Shown: positions 1 through 9,073, numbered from the stretch's first letter. The stretch is DNA of 39,640 bases from a virus (IMGVR_UViG_3300017589_000114:1-39640), one strand, 5' to 3'. Notes: generated from the letters alone by a model not told the origin. Numbers and translations: made by a program.

Positions 1-24
1 ACAGAAACAAAGTGCATAAGAAAT

Positions 25-44
25 GCGACCAACAAAGTGGTCGC
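25..44. terminator. Small GC-rich hairpin inside the putative IS end
   Basis: GCGACCA-acaaag-TGGTCGC, perfect 7-bp stem. Confidence 0.4.
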
Positions 45-73
45 ATCAACTTGTAATTTTTTAATTATTTAAC

Positions 74-99
74 CTGTCTACTTGACAGAGGTCGGTTCA
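74..99. mobile_element. Probable terminal inverted repeat of an IS3-family insertion sequence extending left out of the window
   Basis: Minus strand reads TGAACCGACCTCTGTCAAGTAGACAG, resembling TG-starting IS3/IS150 ends. The partner end and transposase are not visible. Confidence 0.55.
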
Positions 100-195
100 G
101 TAAGAGTGTCTTTTTATATTAATTACGTTTAAGTTAATTCGCTTAATTGGCATTATACGTATTAGTTCAACTACAAATTGGAATTTATCCCCACT

Positions 196-711
196 TTATA
201 TATTCTCTGAGTTCAATCTTAAAAAATAAAAAAACTGGAGCCATTTCGGTTGGTTCTCTAATGATTCTTTTATATACTCAATGGTTCTTTTTCCAACTCG
301 CCTATCTAAAATGGCAAACATTCTTTCTATTGGATTTTCGGAATTTATACTATCTTTTATAGTTTGATTTCGATAATTTTCAAGTGCATCACAAAATTCG
401 TTATCTGTATATTCCGTTCGTGATTGCATGGGTACAGTATCCATAAGCGGCCAAAACTCATCCCAATATTCGCCAATGCCAAAAGGATTAAGATTTTTCT
501 TATATCCATTATCAATGAAATATGTATTAACTGTTTCCCAAGAAAATTGTTTTACCAATTTGTTATCAATGTAAATTTCAAAAATATGACACCCATCCAT
601 TCCAACATATGAAGTACAGTTATATCGAACTCGCCCGTGTAGACATTCGGCAAGCATTTCTTGTTCAAGATATTTACGCATACCACTCCAAGAACCTAAT
701 ATTTTACCCAT
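196..711 (-). CDS. Conserved hypothetical protein (SF0329-like), 171 aa
   Basis: RBS GAGGTG upstream of ATG; WSG.RKYLEQE..A..L.GRVRY and AILDRRVGKR motifs. Confidence 0.75.
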   Translation of the reverse strand: MGKILGSWSGMRKYLEQEMLAECLHGRVRYNCTSYVGMDGCHIFEIYIDNKLVKQFSWETVNTYFIDNGYKKNLNPFGIGEYWDEFWPLMDTVPMQSRTEYTDNEFCDALENYRNQTIKDSINSENPIERMFAILDRRVGKRTIEYIKESLENQPKWLQFFYFLRLNSENI

Positions 712-889
712 TCAATCACCTCACAAATTCCTATTTATCAGTATGATATTATTATTGTTAGTTCATAATTTATTTCTCGTGTAACGGAACATTTGAATAA
801 TGCAAATTGTTAAAAATTATAACATCTTCATTTTACATATTATTTGTAACTAAATATATTTTTTATATTAGATTTAAAACTTGAAAATA

Positions 890-1609
890 TCATTTTCTCT
901 TAATACTAACGGAGTATTCTTCTGAATTAGTTTTATATTTTGATATAAATCCTTCGCTATCTCTAAAAAACTCACATTCAAAAGAATCAAATATTTTACA
1001 CGACGGTGTATATCTTTGCATAATTAATTTTGATAATATTCCATCATTGTATAAATAAATTTCTGAAGTTATTTCAGTACAATATTTTGCTATATTTTTA
1101 GAAACTTCAATATTTGGCAAACCTAAATATCTATAAAAGTTACATAATGAAAAATCATATCTTAAAATCAATCCATTTTCATATAAGCATCTTGAAATGC
1201 AGTGAAGCATTCCTTCATGAAACATCAAAGAATACTCAACACCATTTTCTCTGATAAAATATTCTTCATCACGAATACCAATAATTGAATCAGCCTGTCT
1301 TACACTGATTAAGTTATCATCTTTGTCAAAAGCATACTCATATGAAAATTTTGAATCTTTGGGAGTCCTCTTTAACAAACGACCTCTGTTGCAATTGCCT
1401 ATAACTAAATCAAATGTTGGACTTGGACAATAATACCCACGATGCATTGTTTCTCCACCTCTTGAATATTCAAATCTAACAGTATTATTTTCCGCTTCTT
1501 GTTTTAATAAGTCATATTTATCTTTGTAATCAGCTACTTTATATACTTCTAAAATTAGGTTATTCATTTTTTTTATTTTACCAGAATCAAGTTTATTGTT
1601 ATTTATCAT
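890..1609 (-). CDS. Hypothetical protein with YD-like beta-hairpin repeats, 239 aa
   Basis: RBS GAGGTG; repeats such as EYAFDKDDNLISV, LYENGLILRY, YLYNDGILSKL and FRDSEGFISKY. Confidence 0.7.
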   Translation of the reverse strand: MINNNKLDSGKIKKMNNLILEVYKVADYKDKYDLLKQEAENNTVRFEYSRGGETMHRGYYCPSPTFDLVIGNCNRGRLLKRTPKDSKFSYEYAFDKDDNLISVRQADSIIGIRDEEYFIRENGVEYSLMFHEGMLHCISRCLYENGLILRYDFSLCNFYRYLGLPNIEVSKNIAKYCTEITSEIYLYNDGILSKLIMQRYTPSCKIFDSFECEFFRDSEGFISKYKTNSEEYSVSIKRK

Positions 1610-1718
1610 TTGTCACCTCTGAATAAAATGCTACTACCTATAAAACTTTTACTTTTGCGACCTATAATTTGAATATTCCGAATATACTAATAAATACTTA
1701 TCGGATTAACATTAAAAT

Positions 1719-1967
1719 TTACTTTAGTGATATTCCAATTAAACCTAAAATTGATGCTAATACACCTACAACACCCATAAACTGTAATAATCTGAGTAAT
1801 TGTGGTTGAACTTCTTCTACCCGTTTGTACTTCCACCTATTCAACAACCGCCACAATATTATAAAACAAATAAGTCCAGTGATACCTAAACATACTGAAC
1901 AAAATAGAAAAGCTTTAGATAATATTTCATACTTATTTATGATTATCACCTCAAAATTTGTTAGCAC
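1719..1967 (-). CDS. Small membrane protein with two predicted TM helices
   Basis: Two hydrophobic stretches. Start uncertain: the best RBS (GAGGTG) is followed by ATA rather than ATG. Confidence 0.55.
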   Translation of the reverse strand: MLTNFEVIIINKYEILSKAFLFCSVCLGITGLICFIILWRLLNRWKYKRVEEVQPQLLRLLQFMGVVGVLASILGLIGISLK

Positions 1968-2069
1968 TCAATTTTTACTATTTTATAATATTCCCCTTTT
2001 TAGATTTTAATATCATACGATAAGTGTAATATTATATAGCCGATAGTCTGTTTGTGGCAAACAAGTATG

Positions 2070-2279
2070 TTAAATTCCAGAAGGTAATATATCATCAATA
2101 AACAATTCAACTTTAGGTTTTGCTATTCCAATAAACTGTTTGTGTATCTCCCATTGTTCCAAGAGATCTCCTATTGCCATAAGCCACACATCTTCTTCAT
2201 TCCTGCCAAGTTGCGTAACACCATAATAAATGAGTCGAGCAAACAACTCTTCATCGCTTACTCGACTAATTCGTTTTTT
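2070..2279 (-). CDS. Tail assembly chaperone frameshift extension (gpGT-like), -1 frame, not in the ORF track
   Basis: Open -1 frame from the slippery site A_AAA_AAC (2279-2273) to TAA at 2070: ...VSDEELFARLIYYGVTQLGRNEEDVWLMAIGDLLEQWEIHKQFIGIAKPKVELFIDDILPSGI. Confidence 0.85.
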   Translation of the reverse strand, partial: KKRISRVSDEELFARLIYYGVTQLGRNEEDVWLMAIGDLLEQWEIHKQFIGIAKPKVELFIDDILPSGI

Positions 2280-2644
2280 GATTCAATTTCCTCAGACTCA
2301 ACATATCTCTTTGTGCCTTTAAACATTGCTTCAATTATTGCCCCCTTGTATGTTGCTAATTCAAGTGGAGAAGTTAACAGCTCAACATCATCTTCTTTAA
2401 GAAGCTCCTTCTTATCATCCTTATTCTGCAAATTATGAATCATCAAGCTTTGATTTGCAAGAAGAGTGATAAGCCACACAATCTCATCAAGAGCCATTTC
2501 AAAGTTCTCTGATTTCATAAGCTTCTCACCGAGATTTTCAAGTCCGCCATACCTCTTAGCTATTTCTTTAGTTGCTCTTGTAGTCAGTATAAGCTTGTAT
2601 TCAACTCCTCCTATGGCAATAACGCTGCTTCTTTCATTATCCAT
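2258..2644 (-). CDS. Tail assembly chaperone (gpG-like)
   Basis: Directly after the major tail gene; slippery heptamer near the 3' end. Confidence 0.8.
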   Translation of the reverse strand: MDNERSSVIAIGGVEYKLILTTRATKEIAKRYGGLENLGEKLMKSENFEMALDEIVWLITLLANQSLMIHNLQNKDDKKELLKEDDVELLTSPLELATYKGAIIEAMFKGTKRYVESEEIESKNELVE

Positions 2645-2657
2645 TTTTCAATACCCC

Positions 2658-3254
2658 CTATGGTGTAACTGTAAATTCTGGTTCGTAAACTTCCGTAAAC
2701 CATCCTGTTATTGTTGCCGCTAAAACTCCCGTATCATCCTCATTTACTTCAGCTTTCCAAGGGTGGTTCCCGTTATCATCAACTTTATTCCTTCTCATTA
2801 CAGTTCCTTCTATTGTAGGTGTTTGGAATGTTATACTGTCTCCCTTAGTCTGAAGATTTGTTGCAGGTATTCCGAATTTGACTTTATAAAGCCAGAAGTA
2901 TCTGTATTTTCCATTTGCCTTCTTTGCTCTGAAGCCTATTGCTACAGGTTCACCTCCGTCTTCACTTGTAGATATTAACACCTTATTATCATCAATTTTA
3001 GCTCCGGTCAAGTCTCCTGCAGCAGTTGAACCAATGTCATCAATACCGAGCGAAAGTTTCCCATTCTTAAATTCTTTAACTACTACAGCAGCTCCGTCAT
3101 CTGCATAAAGAATTGCTTCAGCAAGTTCTATTGATAAATCAGCTTTAATTGCTTTAGCAAGCTTTACAGGTGTTGCATATGTTTCTGTTCCGTCAGTGTC
3201 TTCAGTAATCTTTGAATAATATAAGCTATCAAGTCCTATTGTTGCCATTTTCAT
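2658..3254 (-). CDS. Major tail protein (phi13 family)
   Basis: MATIGLD.LYY, LYADDG and VAIGFRAKKANGKYRYFWLYKVKF motifs; start probably 3248. Confidence 0.9.
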   Translation of the reverse strand: MKMATIGLDSLYYSKITEDTDGTETYATPVKLAKAIKADLSIELAEAILYADDGAAVVVKEFKNGKLSLGIDDIGSTAAGDLTGAKIDDNKVLISTSEDGGEPVAIGFRAKKANGKYRYFWLYKVKFGIPATNLQTKGDSITFQTPTIEGTVMRRNKVDDNGNHPWKAEVNEDDTGVLAATITGWFTEVYEPEFTVTP

Positions 3255-3589
3255 TCCTCCAATTTATATAATTTTGCCACATCAATGGCACTATGATGAT
3301 ATCCGGTATCATCTTCATAACCGATATATCGGCGGTCTGTAATACTAAATTCTTCACTCAATAAAGTACAGATAATTGTTTTTTTAAGTTGTGTATAATT
3401 ACCCTTAGTAAAAATGGACAGTCTTGCTTCTTGTATCTCGTACCCAGCGGAGTTATCTCCATGAAGCTCAAAGGTATCAACAAGAGGTGTAATAACCATA
3501 TATTCATCAGGGGGAGTATCGGAAAATACCCCTGTCTCTATTGGGACTAAGGGTGAAATAAGAGTATTTAATTCTTCTAACATACTCAT
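3251..3589 (-). CDS. Putative tail terminator/completion protein
   Basis: Synteny between gp10-like and major tail genes; YEDDTGYHH motif. Confidence 0.7.
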   Translation of the reverse strand: MSMLEELNTLISPLVPIETGVFSDTPPDEYMVITPLVDTFELHGDNSAGYEIQEARLSIFTKGNYTQLKKTIICTLLSEEFSITDRRYIGYEDDTGYHHSAIDVAKLYKLEE

Positions 3590-4017
3590 ATGTTTTCTAC
3601 CTCCTTGTCAAATGCATCAATCATTGCATCTATGCAAGCTTTTTTGCTTGCAGATTTAGCTGGCTTTAGAAATGGTTTTGGTGGCTGACCGCTTTTCCCG
3701 TATTCTAAAACACCAGCGATCATTGCATTGCTTTTACCATCAGAACGTGATTCGGAAAAACCAACCTTGACATTGAAATTACCGTCCTTATCCATTAAAG
3801 CAGGGGATACACCAAGTGATGAAACAAGTTCACCTGTAGAACGACTTTCTCCTTTTATATTAGTGCTAATAATACTTTGTAAGTTAGACTTAACTTTTTC
3901 TTCTACTACTTTACCGCCAGCTTCAAGCACCTTAGGAATTATTTCATCTGTCTTATCACCAAGCTTTGAAATCTTCAAAAGAAATTCTTCGGGCATTTTC
4001 ATAAAAGTCTTAGCCAC
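3586..4017 (-). CDS. HK97 gp10 family tail component
   Basis: STGEL..S and LEYGKSGQPPKPFLKPA motifs. Confidence 0.85.
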   Translation of the reverse strand: MAKTFMKMPEEFLLKISKLGDKTDEIIPKVLEAGGKVVEEKVKSNLQSIISTNIKGESRSTGELVSSLGVSPALMDKDGNFNVKVGFSESRSDGKSNAMIAGVLEYGKSGQPPKPFLKPAKSASKKACIDAMIDAFDKEVENI

Positions 4018-4342
4018 TTGGCTTCACCTCCTTTGCCAATACTTCAATATACATACCGCGGTTTTTTACATCTTCAACAGAGATTATTTCATATCGTTCA
4101 TCACCTATTAAGATAATCAAAGCTGTTGTAATCTCAACACCGGGAATACAGCGAAAACGAAATAGGTCAGTGGACTCTGTGAAAGAAGCCCTGTTAGCCC
4201 ATTTTTCAGTTCCATGACGTCTCTCTCTATATGCTCGAACCGAAGCGATAATCACATCGGTTTCAGCAGAAAAGCCTTCGGAATCTTTAACAGTAACTTT
4301 TTCTACTATTTCAATGGAAGTATTCATTTTGCCAAAACTCAT
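4010..4342 (-). CDS. Head closure protein / head-tail adaptor
   Basis: MSFGKMN start, YEIISVEDVK.R.MYIEVLA; synteny. Confidence 0.85.
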   Translation of the reverse strand: MSFGKMNTSIEIVEKVTVKDSEGFSAETDVIIASVRAYRERRHGTEKWANRASFTESTDLFRFRCIPGVEITTALIILIGDERYEIISVEDVKNRGMYIEVLAKEVKPSG

Positions 4343-4345
4343 AGG

Positions 4346-4654
4346 CTACACCTTCCAATCCCGGTCAAGCCTTAAGAGCAGATTTACTGTATTCCAAACT
4401 TGTCCCGCAGCTTGAACATTATCTGAATAAAAACCTCCTGTGCTGCCATCCCTTGATTCATAGAAGTGGGAAGACAGCATAATCACTGCTTGTTCAGTTG
4501 TAGGGGGCATTTGATTGTCCGTGTAGAAATCTTCAGGAAGATGCTGATAACTCTCGGCATATTTTACAGCGGAGGTGATATATATTTGCAAAATTTCATC
4601 ATCTTCTGTGTGCTCAAGAATCAGGTTAGCTTTCACTTTTTCGAATAGTGTCAT
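4346..4654 (-). CDS. Head-tail connector protein (gp6/gp15-like)
   Basis: KVKANL.LEH..DD and QAVIMLSSHFYESR motifs. Confidence 0.85.
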   Translation of the reverse strand: MTLFEKVKANLILEHTEDDEILQIYITSAVKYAESYQHLPEDFYTDNQMPPTTEQAVIMLSSHFYESRDGSTGGFYSDNVQAAGQVWNTVNLLLRLDRDWKV

Positions 4655-4671
4655 ATCACCACCGTCCTTTC

Positions 4672-5034
4672 TTAAGGTGTATCAGCAGTCATTAATCCAG
4701 CGGTTTTTAGTTTAGAAAGAAGTGAATTAAAGTCAGTAAGCAGTCCTGCCACATCTGATGCTGTGCTATCAGCTTGATTTTCAGCTACAGGCATATCCGG
4801 CACAACAGGGTAAGAAGGAACATAAAGGTTTCCGTCTTCTCCAATTTTTGCAGGAACAGTATCTGTTTCTGTTTTTGATGAGGCTTTAATGCCTCCAAGT
4901 GTAGTTTCAGTTGCTGCGGTTAACCCTGAAGAAGGGAGCCCCGTTACCGAAGCTCCTTCTTTAATTTCCAGAACACCACCGATTACTGTTTTATCTCCGC
5001 CTTGCTCTGTATAATTTTTAGTGTTATAACTCAT
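4672..5034 (-). CDS. Head fiber/decoration-like protein
   Basis: Follows the capsid gene; AATETTLGGIK and DFNSLLSKLKTAGLM motifs. Confidence 0.7.
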   Translation of the reverse strand: MSYNTKNYTEQGGDKTVIGGVLEIKEGASVTGLPSSGLTAATETTLGGIKASSKTETDTVPAKIGEDGNLYVPSYPVVPDMPVAENQADSTASDVAGLLTDFNSLLSKLKTAGLMTADTP

Positions 5035-5046
5035 AAGACACCTCCA

Positions 5047-6255
5047 TTATGCTTTTTGCTGAAGCACTTTAATGGCTTCAGGCAGAATCAGCTTTCCATC
5101 CACACGTTGAGTTGCAACAAAACCAACTTGACCTGTTACAGCATAGAGCTCATTAAGTCTCTTAAACACACGCCCTTGACGGTCAGCAACCCAGTAGTAG
5201 CCTAAATCACCAAATACTATGGTCTTAGCTGCTGAAGCAATAGTAGGAACATAGGCTGACGTGTATATAGGTCTATTAAGTATCATATCAGGAGTACCTA
5301 CCTGTAAAGATGGCTGCCATAGGTACTGACCTTGACCATCTTTTAGTTTGCGGATTGTTTTTACAGTAGCATCATTCATGATGAATACCGACTTATTTCT
5401 GTATGGTGCTTTTAGTGAATAAAACAGGTCAAGTATTTCATCAAGTGTAATAGCAGTAGCTCCTGCAGTAGTAACGCCAAGTTGAGCACCACCAGTTGCT
5501 GCAAGTATACCGGTTGGTTTTCCTGTGCCATCACCGGAGAAAAATGCTTCTTCTTCCTTATTACCTATACGTCTTGCAAATTCTTTTGAAATATAGGATT
5601 CAAGATTAAACACACTATCATTGAGAAGTTCCTCGGAAACCTTTATCAAAGTCCCTAATTTATACGCACCGATTGATACTTGAGCAAAGCTGTCATCACT
5701 ATCAGGAATTGCACCTTCTTCATCAACCCATGATGCAGTACCTTTAGAAGCTACCACAGGAATTTTTCTGTCTCCAGTGGAAGTCGTAATAACATGGGCT
5801 AATTTACGGAATATATTTTCTTCTTCTAATGCTTCAACAAGAGTTCTTTCAAACTCATCGGGTACTAAATATCCACCTTCAGTATCAGTTCCAATCTGAA
5901 GAGCATTTCTTATGGTTGTATCAAGACCTTCACCAGCACGAGTACGCATAGCATTCCAGAATGCTTTTTTGTATTCATCAGATGCCCTGCCAGTCTTTTC
6001 CTCCATGTTGGGAGTTTTAGGTTTGCCAGTTAAAGGATTGGCAGTAGGGGCATTTAGCTCAGCATCAAGTATTGCCTGTTTTTCTAAACGGTCTATTTCT
6101 TTGCCAAGAGCTATTACATCAGTTTCCATTTTGTTGTATGTTGCTTCATCTTCAGCAGAAATAAGGCCGTCGTTGCCACGTTTTGTATCTAAAAATGCTT
6201 TAGTAGCATCCCATGCTTTTGCGCGTTTTTCACGCAGTTCTAAAATCTTATTCAT
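5047..6255 (-). CDS. Major capsid protein, HK97 fold
   Basis: N-terminal coiled-coil delta domain; GGYLVPDEF, SEELLNDS, GDGTGKPTGIL, LKDGQGQYLWQP. Confidence 0.95.
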   Translation of the reverse strand: MNKILELREKRAKAWDATKAFLDTKRGNDGLISAEDEATYNKMETDVIALGKEIDRLEKQAILDAELNAPTANPLTGKPKTPNMEEKTGRASDEYKKAFWNAMRTRAGEGLDTTIRNALQIGTDTEGGYLVPDEFERTLVEALEEENIFRKLAHVITTSTGDRKIPVVASKGTASWVDEEGAIPDSDDSFAQVSIGAYKLGTLIKVSEELLNDSVFNLESYISKEFARRIGNKEEEAFFSGDGTGKPTGILAATGGAQLGVTTAGATAITLDEILDLFYSLKAPYRNKSVFIMNDATVKTIRKLKDGQGQYLWQPSLQVGTPDMILNRPIYTSAYVPTIASAAKTIVFGDLGYYWVADRQGRVFKRLNELYAVTGQVGFVATQRVDGKLILPEAIKVLQQKA

Positions 6256-6271
6256 AATATTTTCCTCCTAA

Positions 6272-6976
6272 TTAATGAATGATGTTGTTTAGCCGCTTTT
6301 CAAGATCAGCAGCAGAAATACCTGCCGGTTCAGCAGGCGAATTATTCTTTGGACAAATTTTGTTAAACAAAGAATTTGTAACAGCTCGTCGACTGAAAGC
6401 ATAAGTAAAATCATCAGTCTGAATTCGCTTTTTCTCATCTATTAAAATGTCATCTGCAAAACCAAGTTCAATAGCCTTATTGGCATTAAGCCATGTTTCA
6501 GCATCCATAAGATGAGAAAGCTTCGCCCTGGATTGCCCAGTTTTAATTTCATAAGCATTGATGATACTTTCTTTTACCTCTGATAGCATAGAGACAGCTT
6601 TTTGCATTTCCTCACTGTCACCGATTGCTACTGTTAGGGGATTATGCACCATCATAAGGGCAGTAGGTGCCATTAATACAGTTGTTCCTGCCATAGCTAT
6701 TACTGAAGCAGCAGAAGCTGCAATGCCGTCAATTTTTATAGTTACATTTCCTTTGTAGTCCATGAGCATGGAATAAATTTGACTGGCAGCAATACAATCA
6801 CCGCCAGGTGAATTAAGCCATATAACAATGTCACCCTCGCCGGCATTTAGGTCTGTTTTAAATGCATGTGGTGTGACATCATCATTAAACCATGACTCCT
6901 CAGCAATCACGCCGTCGAGGTAAAGTGTACGGGTTTCGGGGTTTTCATCCTTAACCCAGTTCCAGAATTTCTTCAT
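6272..6976 (-). CDS. ClpP-type head maturation protease
   Basis: LNSPGGD, IDGIAASAASVIAMAG, MMVHNP, ETWLNA..AIELGFAD. Confidence 0.93.
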   Translation of the reverse strand: MKKFWNWVKDENPETRTLYLDGVIAEESWFNDDVTPHAFKTDLNAGEGDIVIWLNSPGGDCIAASQIYSMLMDYKGNVTIKIDGIAASAASVIAMAGTTVLMAPTALMMVHNPLTVAIGDSEEMQKAVSMLSEVKESIINAYEIKTGQSRAKLSHLMDAETWLNANKAIELGFADDILIDEKKRIQTDDFTYAFSRRAVTNSLFNKICPKNNSPAEPAGISAADLEKRLNNIIH

Positions 6977-8235
6977 TTTGTTTCCATCCTTTCTGTAGAA
7001 TTTGCGAACGCACCAGCGTCCTGTAATTTAGTCATTGCACCGTTGATAAGATATAAATCGCCACCAAGTTCAGCAGAGATACGATCTAAATTTTCAAGTT
7101 CCCGAATATCATTACTACTCATCCAGCCGTTTTGCCTTGCAGTAGCATATCCGGTCATACGGCTTGCATAATCGCCACGGAGCAATCCATCCACGTTAAA
7201 TTTAATGAAAATGTCAGGTTTTTCACTTTCCATTAGCAGTGAACGACACATAGTTTGTTCCCATCTAATAATCCACGGGTCAAGTGTGTATTTTACAAAC
7301 TCCAATGATTGCTGCTCGATGTTTGAAAAAGAAGATTTCTCAAGGTCTGCAAGCATATGTGGTGGCACTCTGAAAATACGGGCAATTTCATTTATTTGAA
7401 ACTTTCTTGTTTCTAAAAACTGTGCCTGTTCAGGTGAAATACCTATTGGTTGATATTTCATTCCTTCTTCAAGGACAGCTACTCGGTGAGAATTTGCAGA
7501 GCCTTGGTATGCCATGTTCCAGCTTTCTTTTACCTTCTGAGGGTCTTTAATAGTGCCAGGATGTTCCAATACACCGCCTGGAGTAGCACCATTTGCAAAG
7601 AACTTTGCTCCATATTCCTCAGTAGCCATAGATAAGCCCACTGCATTTTTAGCCATTGCAATAGGGGAGTAGCCTACTAGCCCATCAAACCCTAAACCCG
7701 GGATATGCAATACATCAGAAGGGTCAAGATAAACCAGACTATCTTTTCCGAGTGTTGGTACATCCTCAGTGTTTCTTTGGTACAAATAAAAGAGCCGACC
7801 ATTTTTATCTCGGTCGACTGTCATTTTGTTAGGCATTAAAGGGTAGAGGGCGATAACTTCACAACGAGCATTTCTTATAATCTGAGCATAGGCATTGCCC
7901 CATAATAAAAGATGACTCATAAGCGTTTCTCTAAACGAAAATGAAGTCATCTCTGGATTTGGCTCATCATGGAGCAGTTTATATAAGGGGTGTTTTAAAT
8001 ACTTTTCTTTGCCTCCTGAACTATTGTATTTATACACATGAAGTGGAAGACAGGCCACTGTTTCAGCAAGTATCCTTACACAAGAGTATACAGCCGTCAT
8101 TTGCATAGCGGTATGCTCGTTGACTTGTTTACCAGCAGTGGTTCCACCGAAGAAGAAGCTGTAGCGACTGCCAGATAAGCTATTTTGTGGTTTGTCCCTT
8201 GATTTAAAAAATCTATTTAATATTGATATTTGCAT
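6973..8235 (-). CDS. Portal protein, HK97 family
   Basis: AVYSCVRILAE, LLWGNAYA, G.SPI..A, EIARIFRVPPHML, SNIEQQ. Confidence 0.95.
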   Translation of the reverse strand: MQISILNRFFKSRDKPQNSLSGSRYSFFFGGTTAGKQVNEHTAMQMTAVYSCVRILAETVACLPLHVYKYNSSGGKEKYLKHPLYKLLHDEPNPEMTSFSFRETLMSHLLLWGNAYAQIIRNARCEVIALYPLMPNKMTVDRDKNGRLFYLYQRNTEDVPTLGKDSLVYLDPSDVLHIPGLGFDGLVGYSPIAMAKNAVGLSMATEEYGAKFFANGATPGGVLEHPGTIKDPQKVKESWNMAYQGSANSHRVAVLEEGMKYQPIGISPEQAQFLETRKFQINEIARIFRVPPHMLADLEKSSFSNIEQQSLEFVKYTLDPWIIRWEQTMCRSLLMESEKPDIFIKFNVDGLLRGDYASRMTGYATARQNGWMSSNDIRELENLDRISAELGGDLYLINGAMTKLQDAGAFANSTERMETK

Positions 8236-8262
8236 TTATTCACCTCCTGAAAATGAGCATAA

Positions 8263-8299
8263 AAAAACTGCTAAGTAGAAATAAATATTAGCAGTTTTT
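8263..8299. terminator. Bidirectional intrinsic terminator closing the terL-portal moron
   Basis: AAAAACTGCTAA (8263-8274) and TTAGCAGTTTTT (8288-8299) form a perfect 12-bp inverted repeat. Confidence 0.7.
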
Positions 8300-8321
8300 C
8301 TAAACATATTTTCTTTTATTA

Positions 8322-8543
8322 TTATACATCTTCAAGTTCATCCATCCCGTCAAAATCATCTAACTCACTATTTTCATCACTGCCAACAGGTATACTATCA
8401 ACAAACTCCTTACCGAAATAAGCCATAAAACCTAAAACTAAGCCTCCCGCAATAAGTTTTCCACCATATTTAAAAACATTCTTTTTAATACCAGGTAATG
8501 CAACGTTAATCAATGGATTAATTAGTTCACTCATCTTATTCAC
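8322..8543 (-). CDS. Small single-TM protein with an acidic C-terminal tail (moron gene 2)
   Basis: RBS GAGGAG; hydrophobic LIAGGLVLGFMAYF; D/E-rich tail. Confidence 0.7.
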   Translation of the reverse strand: MNKMSELINPLINVALPGIKKNVFKYGGKLIAGGLVLGFMAYFGKEFVDSIPVGSDENSELDDFDGMDELEDV

Positions 8544-8577
8544 CTCCTCATCAAGTTTATCTATTTAAAAAATAATT

Positions 8578-8973
8578 CTATTCTTCATCCGTTGAATTTT
8601 TTTTATCCAATGTTGTTAGAAACCCACCAATTGTTGCAACTGCTGCCACACCAACACCTGCTATTAAACTACTTATTAAAGTTACAGGGATTGAGAAATC
8701 TTTTAAATTCTTCTCAAGCATATTTTTCCACAAATTTTTCGGTTTTTTTAATTCTTTTACTTTTACATTATCGATTAAATTTTGGCTTATAAATTTTATT
8801 TTTTCCTCATCATCAAGTTTCATAAAATGTACAAGGCCGCTTTCAATAACCATGCTTATTGGTATTTCACTTTCCTTGTACATGTCGACAACATAACTGT
8901 TAACCCTTGCACTAACAGTAGTTTTATCCTTTATGTCAGATATAAGTATAATTTCATTTTTTTGTTCGGTCAT
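8578..8973 (-). CDS. Putative ribbon-helix-helix protein with a C-terminal hydrophobic helix (moron gene 1)
   Basis: KTTVSARV beta-strand pattern followed by two helices; LISSLIAGVGVAAVATIGGFL hydrophobic segment; RBS GAGGTG. Confidence 0.65.
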   Translation of the reverse strand: MTEQKNEIILISDIKDKTTVSARVNSYVVDMYKESEIPISMVIESGLVHFMKLDDEEKIKFISQNLIDNVKVKELKKPKNLWKNMLEKNLKDFSIPVTLISSLIAGVGVAAVATIGGFLTTLDKKNSTDEE

Positions 8974-8995
8974 ACAATCACCTCTCTATAGCAAT

Positions 8996-9024
8996 ATTAT
9001 AGATGTATTTGTATTATTTGTCAA
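8996..9024 (-). promoter_or_regulatory. Consensus sigmaA promoter of the moron
   Basis: TTGACA (9024-9019), 17 bp, TATAAT (9001-8996). Confidence 0.88.
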
Positions 9025-9073
9025 TTATTATTTTTATTATTTCTATTTTTGTAATACGATATAGTTCATTGTA

